Shown here: positions 8,310-16,839 of the stretch, piece by piece
Layout: every line of letters begins with the position of its first letter
Position numbering within the stretch: position 1 is the first letter of the stretch
Assembly: GCA_903945435.1 (NCBI GenBank)
Contig: CAJAVM010000026.1
Coordinates: 8,311 to 72,310 of the forward strand
Length of the DNA stretch: 64,000 nt
Direction: 5' to 3'
From: an uncultured bacterium
Lineage (GTDB): Bacteria; Patescibacteriota; Patescibacteriia; Patescibacteriales; UBA12465
Notes under the pieces: generated by a model
What the model was told of the DNA's origin: nothing
The model's database searches: none
Seen by the model: the letters and a program-made list of their open reading frames with translations, nothing else
Position numbers and translations under genes: made by a program

Positions 8310-9404
8310 CTATTTCTTTAAAAATCTTAAATAAGCTTCTATGAATTCTTCTAAATCACCATCTAAAACATTCTCAACATTAGAAGTTTCATATTCACTG
8401 CGATGATCTTTAACTAATTTATTTCCGTATAAAAAATATGATCTAATTTGTTTGCCCCATTCTGCTTTTTGAACATCACCTTTTAATTTTCTCTCCCGCA
8501 TTTCCCTTTCTTCTAGAAGGCGCTGATTTAATTTTGCCCGAAGTATTTGAAAAGCATTTTCTTTATTTTGATGTTGGGAGCGCTCTGTTTGGCAAGTAAC
8601 AGTTATATTAGTCGGTAAATGAACAATGCGCACGGCTGAATCCGTCGTATTGACACTCTGGCCACCAGGCCCGCTAGAGCGATAAACATCGATTCTAATA
8701 TCTTCATCTTTAATAACTACTCCGCCTTCATCAGGAATTTCTGGAATTACTTCGACTAAAGCAAATGAGGTTTGGCGTAAACCATCGGCATTAAAAGGTG
8801 AATTACGAAGCAAGCGATGAACACCGTTCTCGCTCTTTAAATACCCATAAGCATACGCACCAGTAATTCTTAAGTCTACACTCTTGAGACCAGCTTCATT
8901 ACCATAGCTCTTATCTAAAATCTCTGCTTTAAATCCTTTACGCTCACAAAAGCGAAAATACATTCTTTCGAGCATTTGCGCCCAATCCTGAGCATCAACC
9001 CCGCCCGTTCCCGCATGAATAGAAATAATTACATTACTTTTATCATACTTACCGGAGAATAAAGAAACAAACTCTAAGCGAGAAAATTCTTTTTCTAAAT
9101 CAACAGCTTTTTTTTCTAACTCCTGAATTAACTCTTCATTTGCTTCTTGCTGGACGAAAACTGCCATTTCTTCGGCTTCTTTAATTTCCTGTTCCATGTT
9201 AAGCCATTTAGCGGTTTCGGCTATTAACTCTTCCGCCTCTTGACCAATACTAACAGCGGCTTCTCTATTATCCCAAAAATTTGGCTCAGACATTTGTAGG
9301 CGTAAATCATTTGCTCTAACGAGTTTTTGGTCAATATTTAAAAGCACCTTTACTTTTAAAAGACGCGCTTGAAGTTCTTTTAATTTTTCAATAATATTTT
9401 CCAT
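8310..9404 (-). CDS. prfB: Peptide chain release factor 2
   Basis: GGQ motif (SGPGGQSVNTTDSAVRIVHLPT) and the RF2-specific SPF tripeptide (NSPFNADG). The track ORF opens at 9452, but ATG 9404 (MENIIEKLKEL) fits an RF2 N-terminus. The frame is uninterrupted, so no +1 frameshift is needed. Confidence 0.95.
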   Translation of the reverse strand: MENIIEKLKELQARLLKVKVLLNIDQKLVRANDLRLQMSEPNFWDNREAAVSIGQEAEELIAETAKWLNMEQEIKEAEEMAVFVQQEANEELIQELEKKAVDLEKEFSRLEFVSLFSGKYDKSNVIISIHAGTGGVDAQDWAQMLERMYFRFCERKGFKAEILDKSYGNEAGLKSVDLRITGAYAYGYLKSENGVHRLLRNSPFNADGLRQTSFALVEVIPEIPDEGGVVIKDEDIRIDVYRSSGPGGQSVNTTDSAVRIVHLPTNITVTCQTERSQHQNKENAFQILRAKLNQRLLEEREMRERKLKGDVQKAEWGKQIRSYFLYGNKLVKDHRSEYETSNVENVLDGDLEEFIEAYLRFLKK

Positions 9405-9440
9405 ATCTAGATTATAACAGACAAATAAGAAATAACTCAA

Positions 9441-9472
9441 ACAAAAAGCCATCCCGGAAGGATGACTTTTTT
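9441..9472 (-). terminator. Terminator after rpsI
   Basis: CAUCC-(5-nt loop)-GGAUG core extended by flanking A/U pairs, with T-runs on both strands. Confidence 0.6.
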
Positions 9473-9506
9473 ATGTTCAAATCTTTGTGTAAAAATTCTA
9501 TAAAGA

Positions 9507-10004
9507 TTAACGCTTGCTCCATTGAGGGGCTTTTCTAGCTTTTCTCAAACCTGGTTTCTTTCTTTCTACTTGTCTTGGATCACGAGTTAAGAAGCCATTA
9601 GCTTTCAAAGCATCTTTGGTTGCTGGATCAAGAGCAAAAATAGCACGACTGATACCTAATTTAACAGCATCAACTTGGCCAAATTTACCACCTCCATGAA
9701 CAATAATAGAGAAATTGTAATCACGATGATGACCAGTAACTTTCAATGGTTGAACAATAATATTTAAACCTTCACCTGGAAAATATTCGGCCGCTCTTTT
9801 ACCATTAATCATGATAACGCCTTTTCCGCCCTCATATAAACGAACCTGGGCAGAAGCTTGTTTGCGACGTCCAACAGCCTTAATATATTTACCAGTGAAC
9901 TCAGCGATTTCATTCTTAGCCCATTCTTTATCATCTTCAATGATATCTTCAGTAGCGGCCTCGAATTCATCTTCTCTGACTTCTTTTATCTTTTTGTCTG
10001 CCAT
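9507..10004 (-). CDS. rpsI: 30S ribosomal protein S9 (N-terminally extended)
   Basis: C-terminal RKKPGLRKARKAPQWSKR S9 signature. An acidic N-terminal extension of ~35 aa is present. Confidence 0.95.
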   Translation of the reverse strand: MADKKIKEVREDEFEAATEDIIEDDKEWAKNEIAEFTGKYIKAVGRRKQASAQVRLYEGGKGVIMINGKRAAEYFPGEGLNIIVQPLKVTGHHRDYNFSIIVHGGGKFGQVDAVKLGISRAIFALDPATKDALKANGFLTRDPRQVERKKPGLRKARKAPQWSKR

Positions 10005-10005
10005 A

Positions 10006-10362
10006 TTATTTTATAATTAATCTTTTGAGCATACCGACACGTAATTTAGTCGGAGGAAGCATCTCTTTAACAGCTCTTTGTAAAACTTCTCCAGGATTAA
10101 GGGCATAAATAGAAGACATCTTCTTTGTTTTTAAACCGCCGATATATCCTGAAAAATGATAATATTCTTTCTGGTCAAACTTTTTGCCAGTGAATTTCAT
10201 TTTTGAAATATTTTTAACTTCAACAATATCTCCCAAATCCATATGAGGTTGATATTCTGGTTTATTTTTACCATGTAAGATGTTTGCAATCTTAGTAGCT
10301 AAACGGCCGACAGTTTGGTCTTCAGCATCAATCTGATGCAACTTTCTTTCAATATTTTTCAT
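10006..10362 (-). CDS. rplM: 50S ribosomal protein L13
   Basis: MKNIERKLHQIDAEDQTVGRLATKIANILHGKNKPEYQPH matches the L13 N-terminus. It lies directly upstream of rpsI. Confidence 0.95.
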   Translation of the reverse strand: MKNIERKLHQIDAEDQTVGRLATKIANILHGKNKPEYQPHMDLGDIVEVKNISKMKFTGKKFDQKEYYHFSGYIGGLKTKKMSSIYALNPGEVLQRAVKEMLPPTKLRVGMLKRLIIK

Positions 10363-10366
10363 ATTT

Positions 10367-10717
10367 TTATACTAATTCAATTTGAACCATTTCAGCACCA
10401 TCGCCCTGTCTGGTCCCTAACTTAACGACACGAGTATATCCTCCTGGACGTTCTTTATAGCGAACACCTAAAACTTCGATCGTTTTTTTAATGGCATTCT
10501 TTTGTAGTAAAACCTTGATTAAACCACGACGGGCAGCTAAATCACCAGCTTTAGAAGCAGTAATCATTCTTTCTACAAGTGGGCGAACTGCTTGAGCCTT
10601 AGCTTTAGTAGTTGTAACCTTCTCATATAAAAGAATACTGGATGCCATATTTCTTAACATCAGCTCGCGTGGACCTTTCTCTCGGTCTAAAATTTTATTT
10701 TTATTTCTGTGACGCAT
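10367..10717 (-). CDS. rplQ: 50S ribosomal protein L17
   Basis: 116-aa ORF with MRHRNKNKILDREKGPRELMLRNMASS and GGYTRVVKLGTRQGDGAEM. It follows rpoA. Confidence 0.95.
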   Translation of the reverse strand: MRHRNKNKILDREKGPRELMLRNMASSILLYEKVTTTKAKAQAVRPLVERMITASKAGDLAARRGLIKVLLQKNAIKKTIEVLGVRYKERPGGYTRVVKLGTRQGDGAEMVQIELV

Positions 10718-10767
10718 AAACTCTTATCGATCAGCTTTCCGCTTTCGGCGAAATAGCGTGCAAATTA

Positions 10768-11598
10768 TTATTTCTTGGATTTTTTAGCTTTTTCTTTCTT
10801 CTCTTTTTTTGGCTCTTCAATTTCTTCAGTTTCTGCTTCAACTACTTCTACATTTTCTACTACTTCTTCAGCATCATTTTTAGCTGCTTCCTCCGCCATT
10901 TCTTTACCAATGTTTTCTGGTAACAAAGCGTTGAATTGTTCAACTAAAATTTTAACTGCTTCATTGAAGGCTTCTTCAGGGCTAACAGTTCCATCAGTCT
11001 TAACATCAAGAATAAGCTTGTCCCAGTTGGTCATTTTACCAACACGAGCATTGTCTACTTTAATGCTAACAAGAGTAACTGGAGAAAAAATAGAATCGAT
11101 TTCAATGAAACCAATTTCCTTATTTTCTTTCTTACTACCCTCAGCCATCTTATAGCCACGGCCACCTTTTACTAATATTTCGGCATCGAGGCTGCCGGCT
11201 TCATCAGTAATATTGGCTAAAACCAATTCAGGATTTTTTATTTCAACTTGGCTATTTTTTGTAATCTCGGAAGCAGTAACAATTTTCTTACCCTTTACTT
11301 TTAATTCTAGACGAACTTCTTCTTCAGTAAAAACTTTAAATCTCAACTGTTTCAAATTTAGAATTAATTCCAAAACATCCTCCTTAATATGAGGTAAGGC
11401 CATAAATTCATGACTTGCGCCTTTGATTTTTACACCAATAACCGCAGCTCCTGGTAAAGATGATAATAAGACACGGCGTAAAGAATTACCTAGTGTCATA
11501 CCATAACCCGGAAACAAAGGTTCGATGGTGATAACCCCTTCGTTGGAGTTCCCAACCATTTTAAAATCAATTTTTTTAGGGTTAGCAATGTTTTGCAT
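10768..11598 (-). CDS. rpoA: DNA-directed RNA polymerase alpha subunit, N-terminal domain only
   Basis: 276 aa with the NTD motif GYGMTLGNSLRRVLLSSLPGAAV and the NTD end ...SPEEAFNEAVKILVEQFNALL. A 46-aa acidic/Lys-rich tail follows, and no HhH alpha-CTD is present. Confidence 0.93.
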   Translation of the reverse strand: MQNIANPKKIDFKMVGNSNEGVITIEPLFPGYGMTLGNSLRRVLLSSLPGAAVIGVKIKGASHEFMALPHIKEDVLELILNLKQLRFKVFTEEEVRLELKVKGKKIVTASEITKNSQVEIKNPELVLANITDEAGSLDAEILVKGGRGYKMAEGSKKENKEIGFIEIDSIFSPVTLVSIKVDNARVGKMTNWDKLILDVKTDGTVSPEEAFNEAVKILVEQFNALLPENIGKEMAEEAAKNDAEEVVENVEVVEAETEEIEEPKKEKKEKAKKSKK

Positions 11599-11607
11599 AT
11601 TATTTTT

Positions 11608-12237
11608 TTATTTTGAATAATACTCAATGATCATTTGAACGTTGATGCTCTGAGGAAGATCTAAATCCTTAGGCTCATGTAAAATTTTACCAGCCTTATC
11701 AGTAGCGTTGAAATCTAACCAGCTAGGTCTTTCGGCCTTAGCTAATCTATCATTAACATTTCTGAAATAAGGACTATTTTGACTACTTTTTCTAATTTTA
11801 ATGACTTGACCTAATTTTACAGAGAATGAAGCAATATCAGTCTTTCTATCGTTAACAGTAAAATGGCCATGATTTACTAATTGTCTAGCTTGAGCGCGAG
11901 AAGCAGCAAAACCTAAGCGGAAAACAACATTATCTAAACGAGATTCCAATAATCTTAAGAAGTTCTTTCCAGCGTCACCTTGCTTTTTAGCAGCTTTTTC
12001 AAAAGTTAAACGGAATTGCTTTTCAGCTAAACCATAATACTTTTTCGCCTTTTGTTTCTCAGCTAACTGAGTACCGAAGTCGCTTAAGCGCTTGCGTCCT
12101 TTTTGACCATGAACACCAGGACCATAATTACGCTTAACCATAGCACATTTAGGACCTAAGCATCTTTCGCCTTTTAGAAACAATTTTTCACCGATACGAC
12201 GACATTGTTTACATTTATTATCAATATTTCTTCCCAT
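11608..12237 (-). CDS. rpsD: 30S ribosomal protein S4
   Basis: Zinc-finger N-terminus CKQCRRIGEKLFLKGERCLGPKCA and S4 domain RLDNVVFRLGFAASRAQARQLVNHGH. Confidence 0.96.
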   Translation of the reverse strand: MGRNIDNKCKQCRRIGEKLFLKGERCLGPKCAMVKRNYGPGVHGQKGRKRLSDFGTQLAEKQKAKKYYGLAEKQFRLTFEKAAKKQGDAGKNFLRLLESRLDNVVFRLGFAASRAQARQLVNHGHFTVNDRKTDIASFSVKLGQVIKIRKSSQNSPYFRNVNDRLAKAERPSWLDFNATDKAGKILHEPKDLDLPQSINVQMIIEYYSK

Positions 12238-12254
12238 ATTATATTTTGATTATT

Positions 12255-12836
12255 TTAAACTCTTCTTGGTTTCTTTGGGCGACAACCATTATGAGGAACT
12301 GGAGTTGTATCTTTAATTGAAGATACATCAAGACCATTAGCGTTTAAAGCACGGATAGCCGCTTCACGACCAGTTCCGACACCAGAAACAAATACACTAA
12401 CTTCTTGCAAACCATATTCTTCTTTAGCTTTCTGAGCAGCAATCTTGGTAATAATTTGAGCAGCATAAGGAGTAGCTTTTTTTGCCCCCTTAAACCCAGC
12501 TAAACCAGCACTAGCCCAAGAAATTACGTCACCATTAGTATCGGTAAGCGTAATCATTGTATTATTATAAGTCGCTTGAACATAAGCACGGCCAACTTTT
12601 ACAACTCTGGCAGTCTTTTTCTTCTTCTTTTTTACCAGCTTTTTCTTGGCTCTTGCAGCTTTATTCTTTTCAAGCTTTTGCTTGATTTCTTCAGGCAGTT
12701 CTTCATCAGATGAATCAAAAGAGAAAGCAGCCATTTCATCGCGCTCTTCTTTTTCTTCGCTCTTAGCTGGTTTTAATTCAGCTTCTAGAGCAACATCTTC
12801 TTTTTTTACTGCGTCTTTTTTTACTTCTTCAGACAT
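12255..12836 (-). CDS. rpsK: 30S ribosomal protein S11 (about 70-aa E/K-rich N-terminal extension)
   Basis: The C-terminal ~120 aa is S11 ([22 protein letters not shown] ... [18 protein letters not shown]). The N-terminus is low-complexity E/K-rich. Confidence 0.95.
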   Translation of the reverse strand: MSEEVKKDAVKKEDVALEAELKPAKSEEKEERDEMAAFSFDSSDEELPEEIKQKLEKNKAARAKKKLVKKKKKKTARVVKVGRAYVQATYNNTMITLTDTNGDVISWASAGLAGFKGAKKATPYAAQIITKIAAQKAKEEYGLQEVSVFVSGVGTGREAAIRALNANGLDVSSIKDTTPVPHNGCRPKKPRRV

Positions 12837-12859
12837 ATTTTAAGCTCTTAGAATTATAA

Positions 12860-13255
12860 TTAGGTCTTCTGCAAACCGGCCTTGCTCTTGCCGCTAACTG
12901 CAGTTACACGTTTATTACCTCTTACGGTACGGCTATTAGTCTTAGTTCTCTGGCCTCTTACCGGTAGATGTTTAGTGTGTCGTAGACCACGGTAGCAACC
13001 AATTTCACGTAAACGTTTGATATTACTTTGAACTTCACGACGCAAATCACCTTCAACCGTAAATTTCTTTTCGACGATTTCTCTTAAAAGATTAACATCT
13101 GCTTCTTTCAAATCTTTAACTCTAATATTCTTATCAACACTTGCGGTTTCTAAAATCTTGTTAGATCTAGTTTTACCGATTCCGTAGATATAAGTTAAAG
13201 CAATCTCTATTCTTTTTTCATTCGGGATATTTACCCCTGCGATTCTTACTGCCAT
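12860..13255 (-). CDS. rpsM: 30S ribosomal protein S13
   Basis: [35 protein letters not shown] matches the S13 N-terminus. Confidence 0.96.
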   Translation of the reverse strand: MAVRIAGVNIPNEKRIEIALTYIYGIGKTRSNKILETASVDKNIRVKDLKEADVNLLREIVEKKFTVEGDLRREVQSNIKRLREIGCYRGLRHTKHLPVRGQRTKTNSRTVRGNKRVTAVSGKSKAGLQKT

Positions 13256-13272
13256 ATTTTAGATATTAAAAA

Positions 13273-13386
13273 TTACCCTTGTCTTTGTTTGTGTTTAGGG
13301 TTCTTACAGATAACGTGGACCCGACCTTTGCGTCGCACGACTTTACAATCTTTACAAATTTTCTTAGCACTAGCTCTAACTTTCAT
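13273..13386 (-). CDS. rpmJ: 50S ribosomal protein L36 (below the ORF-track cutoff)
   Basis: ATG 13386..13384 to TAA 13275..13273 encodes [37 protein letters not shown] (37 aa, CxxC...C....H zinc form). It sits between infA and rpsM. Confidence 0.9.
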   Translation of the reverse strand: MKVRASAKKICKDCKVVRRKGRVHVICKNPKHKQRQG

Positions 13387-13486
13387 ATGGTATTTAATAC
13401 TTTCTATGAATTAAACTGCGAGGTTTATTTTATACAAAGCAATTCTCAATCTTACTAAATAATACTTGGCTTCATTTTTTAAACAA

Positions 13487-13744
13487 TTACATACGATAGG
13501 TAATTCGGCCCTTGGTTAAATCATAAGGGCTAATTTGTAGTTTTACTTTATCTCCAGGAAGTAGTCGAATACGATTCATTCGCATCTTTCCCGATAAATG
13601 AGCTAAAACTTCATGACCGTTTTCTAGAGCAACTCTAAAACTAGCGGCCGGCATTAATTCCAACACTTCGCCCTGCATTTCGATAAAATCTTTGGCGTTT
13701 AAATTGCTGGAAGTTTCGTTGTTGTTTCCCATGTCTTTTGACAT
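13487..13744 (-). CDS. infA: Translation initiation factor IF-1
   Basis: S1-like core [64 protein letters not shown]. The start is ambiguous: ATG 13744 or 13732, while the track ORF opens at TTG 13771. Confidence 0.92.
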   Translation of the reverse strand: MSKDMGNNNETSSNLNAKDFIEMQGEVLELMPAASFRVALENGHEVLAHLSGKMRMNRIRLLPGDKVKLQISPYDLTKGRITYRM

Positions 13745-13836
13745 TAACACAAAAAAATTTGATAAAGACAAGTTTGCCTTATCAAAGTTTTTTAAAAATA
13801 TTTTCGCTTATTTAATATAATATTCTTAATAAAAAC

Positions 13837-13865
13837 ATTATAGATATAAGTTTGAAAGTTGTCAA
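13837..13865 (-). promoter_or_regulatory. Consensus sigma70-type promoter upstream of infA operon
   Basis: Minus strand TTGACA (13865..13860), a 17-nt spacer, then TATAAT (13842..13837). Both hexamers are perfect. Confidence 0.65.
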
Positions 13866-13889
13866 TAGTTAAGCTGCTTTATACCAGGA

Positions 13890-15722
13890 TTATTCCAGAA
13901 TGGCCTTTATCCTTCTTACCCCGGAGCTAGATGACTCCTCCTTTTGTATCTTAAATTTACCCAAGATTCCCGTATTGTTAACATGGGGGCCACCACATAT
14001 CTCCTGAGAAAAAGCATTATTTGTATCCGGGCTACCATCCGCTAATAATTTACTGGCGGTATAAACCTTAACTCTTTCTCCATATTTAGAGTCAAAAACA
14101 CCCATCGCTCCTCTATTCTTAGCCTCTTCTAATGATAATTCCTCACAAATAACAGGAAAATCCGCAGCAATCGCTCCATTTACTAAATCCTCCGTTTCTT
14201 TTATTTGTTCGGCAGTCATTTTTTCAGAATAAGAAAAATCGAAGCGTAATCTTTCTGCTGTAATGTTACTTCCCTTTTGAGTTACGCCGTCTCCCAGAAC
14301 TTTACGTAAAGCGGCTAAAAGTAAATGAGCAGCAGTATGCAATTTTGTAGTTTCTTCACTAGCATCAGCCAACCCACCCTTAAACTTACCGGCTGAAGCA
14401 GTCCTGGATAAATCTTGATGCTTCTTAAATTCTATTTCAAAAGCCGTAACGTCAACTTCTTTTCCATATTCCTTAGCCATTTCAATTGTCATTTCCAAGG
14501 GGTATCCATAAGATTGAAATAAATTGAAAGCTACTTCTCCTGGAATAAGTCCAGCAGACTCACTGCCTGTTATTGCCCATTTCATAAATTCTTTTTCTCC
14601 CTGAACTAAAGTACGACTAAACTTTTCTTCTTCTTTATCTAAAGTTTCTAAAATTAAATTTTTATTTTTTTCTAATTCACTATAAATATTTTGATAAATG
14701 AAAATTGCTTCTTGAGCGATTTGTTTAGTCCAAAGTACTTCCTCTATCCCCAATTGGCGACCATAACGAATAGCACGACGAATTAAACGTCTTAACACAT
14801 AACCCTGGTCTGTATTAGAAGGAGTAATTCCTCTATCATCGCCAATAATAAAAGTAGCGGCTTTAATATGATCAGCAGTAATACGCATCGCTTTATCAAC
14901 CTCAGGGCTTTCTCCGTATTTTTTATGACTCAAAGCTTCAATCTTGTTTATCAATCCCCGGAAAAGTTCTGTTTGATAATTATCACTTTTACCATTAATA
15001 ATAGCTAAAACTCTTTCTAGCCCCAACCCTGTATCCACATTCGGTTTCTTCAGTAATTCAAAAACGCCTTCAGCATTCTTGTTATACTGCATAAAAACAT
15101 TATTCCAAATCTCTACCCATAAATCATTATCGTCATTAAAGCTCTCTGGAACTTTATCTACATCACCAACCCAATAAAAAATTTCTGTATCCGGGCCGCA
15201 AGGACCGGTCGTTCCAGCCGGACCCCACCAATTATTTTTTTTCGGTAATTTAGCAATTCTAGCTTCTGGAATATTATTTTGAGAAAAAATTTCTTGCCAA
15301 ATTTTATATGCCTCTTCATCATAAAGAGCGTCTTCGTCTCCTTGAAATACTGAAACTGCTAAACGATTTTTATTAAGATTAAGCCACTCAGAAGAAGTTA
15401 GAAACTCCCAGCTAAAATTGATTGAATCCTTTTTAAAATAATCTCCCAGAGACCAATTCCCCATCATCTCAAAAAAAGTATGATGAGTAGCATCGCCAAC
15501 CTCATCAATATCGCCCGTTCTAATACATTTCTGAGAATTAGTTAAACGATTCCCAGCCGGATGTTTCTCTCCTAAAAGATATGGAACTAGCGGATGCATA
15601 CCGGCGGTCGTGAATAAAACTGTCGGGTCATTTTCAGGAATTAAAGAAGCGCTAGAAATCATGGCATGATTTTTGCTCTTGAAAAAATCTAAATATTTTT
15701 GGCGCAATTCATTAGCGGTCAT
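13890..15722 (-). CDS. alaS: Alanine--tRNA ligase, short form without C-Ala domain
   Basis: 610 aa with the class II core (FTTAGMHPLVPYLLG, FFEMMGNWSLGDYFK) and editing-domain motifs HTAAHLL and CGGPHV. The protein stops right after the editing domain. Confidence 0.95.
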   Translation of the reverse strand: MTANELRQKYLDFFKSKNHAMISSASLIPENDPTVLFTTAGMHPLVPYLLGEKHPAGNRLTNSQKCIRTGDIDEVGDATHHTFFEMMGNWSLGDYFKKDSINFSWEFLTSSEWLNLNKNRLAVSVFQGDEDALYDEEAYKIWQEIFSQNNIPEARIAKLPKKNNWWGPAGTTGPCGPDTEIFYWVGDVDKVPESFNDDNDLWVEIWNNVFMQYNKNAEGVFELLKKPNVDTGLGLERVLAIINGKSDNYQTELFRGLINKIEALSHKKYGESPEVDKAMRITADHIKAATFIIGDDRGITPSNTDQGYVLRRLIRRAIRYGRQLGIEEVLWTKQIAQEAIFIYQNIYSELEKNKNLILETLDKEEEKFSRTLVQGEKEFMKWAITGSESAGLIPGEVAFNLFQSYGYPLEMTIEMAKEYGKEVDVTAFEIEFKKHQDLSRTASAGKFKGGLADASEETTKLHTAAHLLLAALRKVLGDGVTQKGSNITAERLRFDFSYSEKMTAEQIKETEDLVNGAIAADFPVICEELSLEEAKNRGAMGVFDSKYGERVKVYTASKLLADGSPDTNNAFSQEICGGPHVNNTGILGKFKIQKEESSSSGVRRIKAILE

Positions 15723-15777
15723 ATATTTACAAACTTATTTTTTATTGATTTTTTTATAATAGCTTTTTGTAGCTTCT

Positions 15778-16806
15778 CTATATTATATTAACTTCTTCGC
15801 TTAAATCAAGGCCAAATTTCTTTTTAACAGCCAATTTCACTTTAGCTACTAAATTTAAAACTTGTTTAGAACTAGCACCGCCTTCATTCACTAAGATTAA
15901 GGCTTGTTTTTCATACATTCTCACTGGACCAAACTTCTTACCTTTCAAGCCCGCTTGCTCTATAAGCCAACCGGCCGGAATCTTAAACTTAGAGCGATTA
16001 ATCTGAAAAGATGGCATGTCTGGATATTTTACAAACAAATTTTTAAATGTTTGCAAATTAACTTCCGGATTTTTAAAGAAAGAACCGGCATTAGGCAAGA
16101 TAAAAGGGTTTGGTAATTTACTATTTCTAATTTCCTCAATCGTTTTAATAACATCATAAGCCGTAGGCTTTTTTATCCCCTTCAATTTTAAGGCCTCCCC
16201 AATAGAGCCATAGCCTAATTTAAAATCTGGCTTACGTAACAAGGCAACCGTAACTGAATAAATAAAATATCTGCCTTTTAATTTATTTTTAAAAATACTA
16301 TCTCGATAACCAAATCGACAATCATTGGCTGAAAATATTTTCTCATTTCCAGTCTTTAAATCAATCGCGCTTAAATGATGAAAACAATCCTTTAATTCAA
16401 CGCCATAAGCTCCAATATTTTGCACAGGAGCGGCACCAACTGTACCATAAATTAAAAATAGATTTTCGAGACCATAAAATTTATTTTCTACCGTATAAGA
16501 AACAAATTTAGACCATATTTCACCAGACGAAGCTTCTACTAAAACTAAACTTTTATTTTTTTCTACAACCTTAATACCCTGCATCTCATTTTTAATAACT
16601 AGCCCTTTAATTGTTTTAGAAAGAAGGACATTGGACCCACCTCCTAAGATAAATATCAGCTGTTTTTTTGCTCGAGCAAATGCAATCGCCTCTAAAAGTT
16701 CATTTTTATTTTTTACAATCGCAAAATAATCAGCCGTTGAGCTAACCTTTAAAGTTGTATATTTAGTTAAAGAATGTTTTTTTTCTATTTTTAACATATG
16801 AATCAT
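15778..16806 (-). CDS. murB: UDP-N-acetylenolpyruvoylglucosamine reductase
   Basis: 342-aa ORF with the FAD-binding N-terminal pattern (TTLKVSSTADYF...ILGGGSNVLL) and a MurB C-terminal domain. It lies in a dcw context. Confidence 0.9.
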   Translation of the reverse strand: MIHMLKIEKKHSLTKYTTLKVSSTADYFAIVKNKNELLEAIAFARAKKQLIFILGGGSNVLLSKTIKGLVIKNEMQGIKVVEKNKSLVLVEASSGEIWSKFVSYTVENKFYGLENLFLIYGTVGAAPVQNIGAYGVELKDCFHHLSAIDLKTGNEKIFSANDCRFGYRDSIFKNKLKGRYFIYSVTVALLRKPDFKLGYGSIGEALKLKGIKKPTAYDVIKTIEEIRNSKLPNPFILPNAGSFFKNPEVNLQTFKNLFVKYPDMPSFQINRSKFKIPAGWLIEQAGLKGKKFGPVRMYEKQALILVNEGGASSKQVLNLVAKVKLAVKKKFGLDLSEEVNII

Positions 16807-16839
16807 TATAAGGCCGGAACGATGCCAAATCTTTTGAGA

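Noticed and set aside
8310-9452. Possible programmed +1 frameshift in prfB, or an alternative genetic code
   Set aside because: The RF2 frame is continuous from ATG 9404 with no internal stop, so no frameshift is needed. RF2 (SPF motif) is present, and TGA terminates ORFs such as the one ending at 4433..4435, so UGA is not reassigned. The extra 16 N-terminal codons in the track are probably untranslated.
9811-12843. Antisense ORFs opposite rpsI (9811..10020), rpoA (10775..11155) and rpsK (12646..12843)
   Set aside because: These Ser/Phe/Leu-rich products are mirror images of the E/K-rich coding strands of well-supported ribosomal and RNAP genes. They have no independent signals.
13758-13786. 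AT-rich 8-bp inverted repeat plus T-run in the infA leader, considered as an attenuator
   Set aside because: The stem is entirely A/U (UUUGAUAA/UUAUCAAA) with a 13-nt loop, too weak to call. Such repeats are expected by chance in AT-rich spacers.
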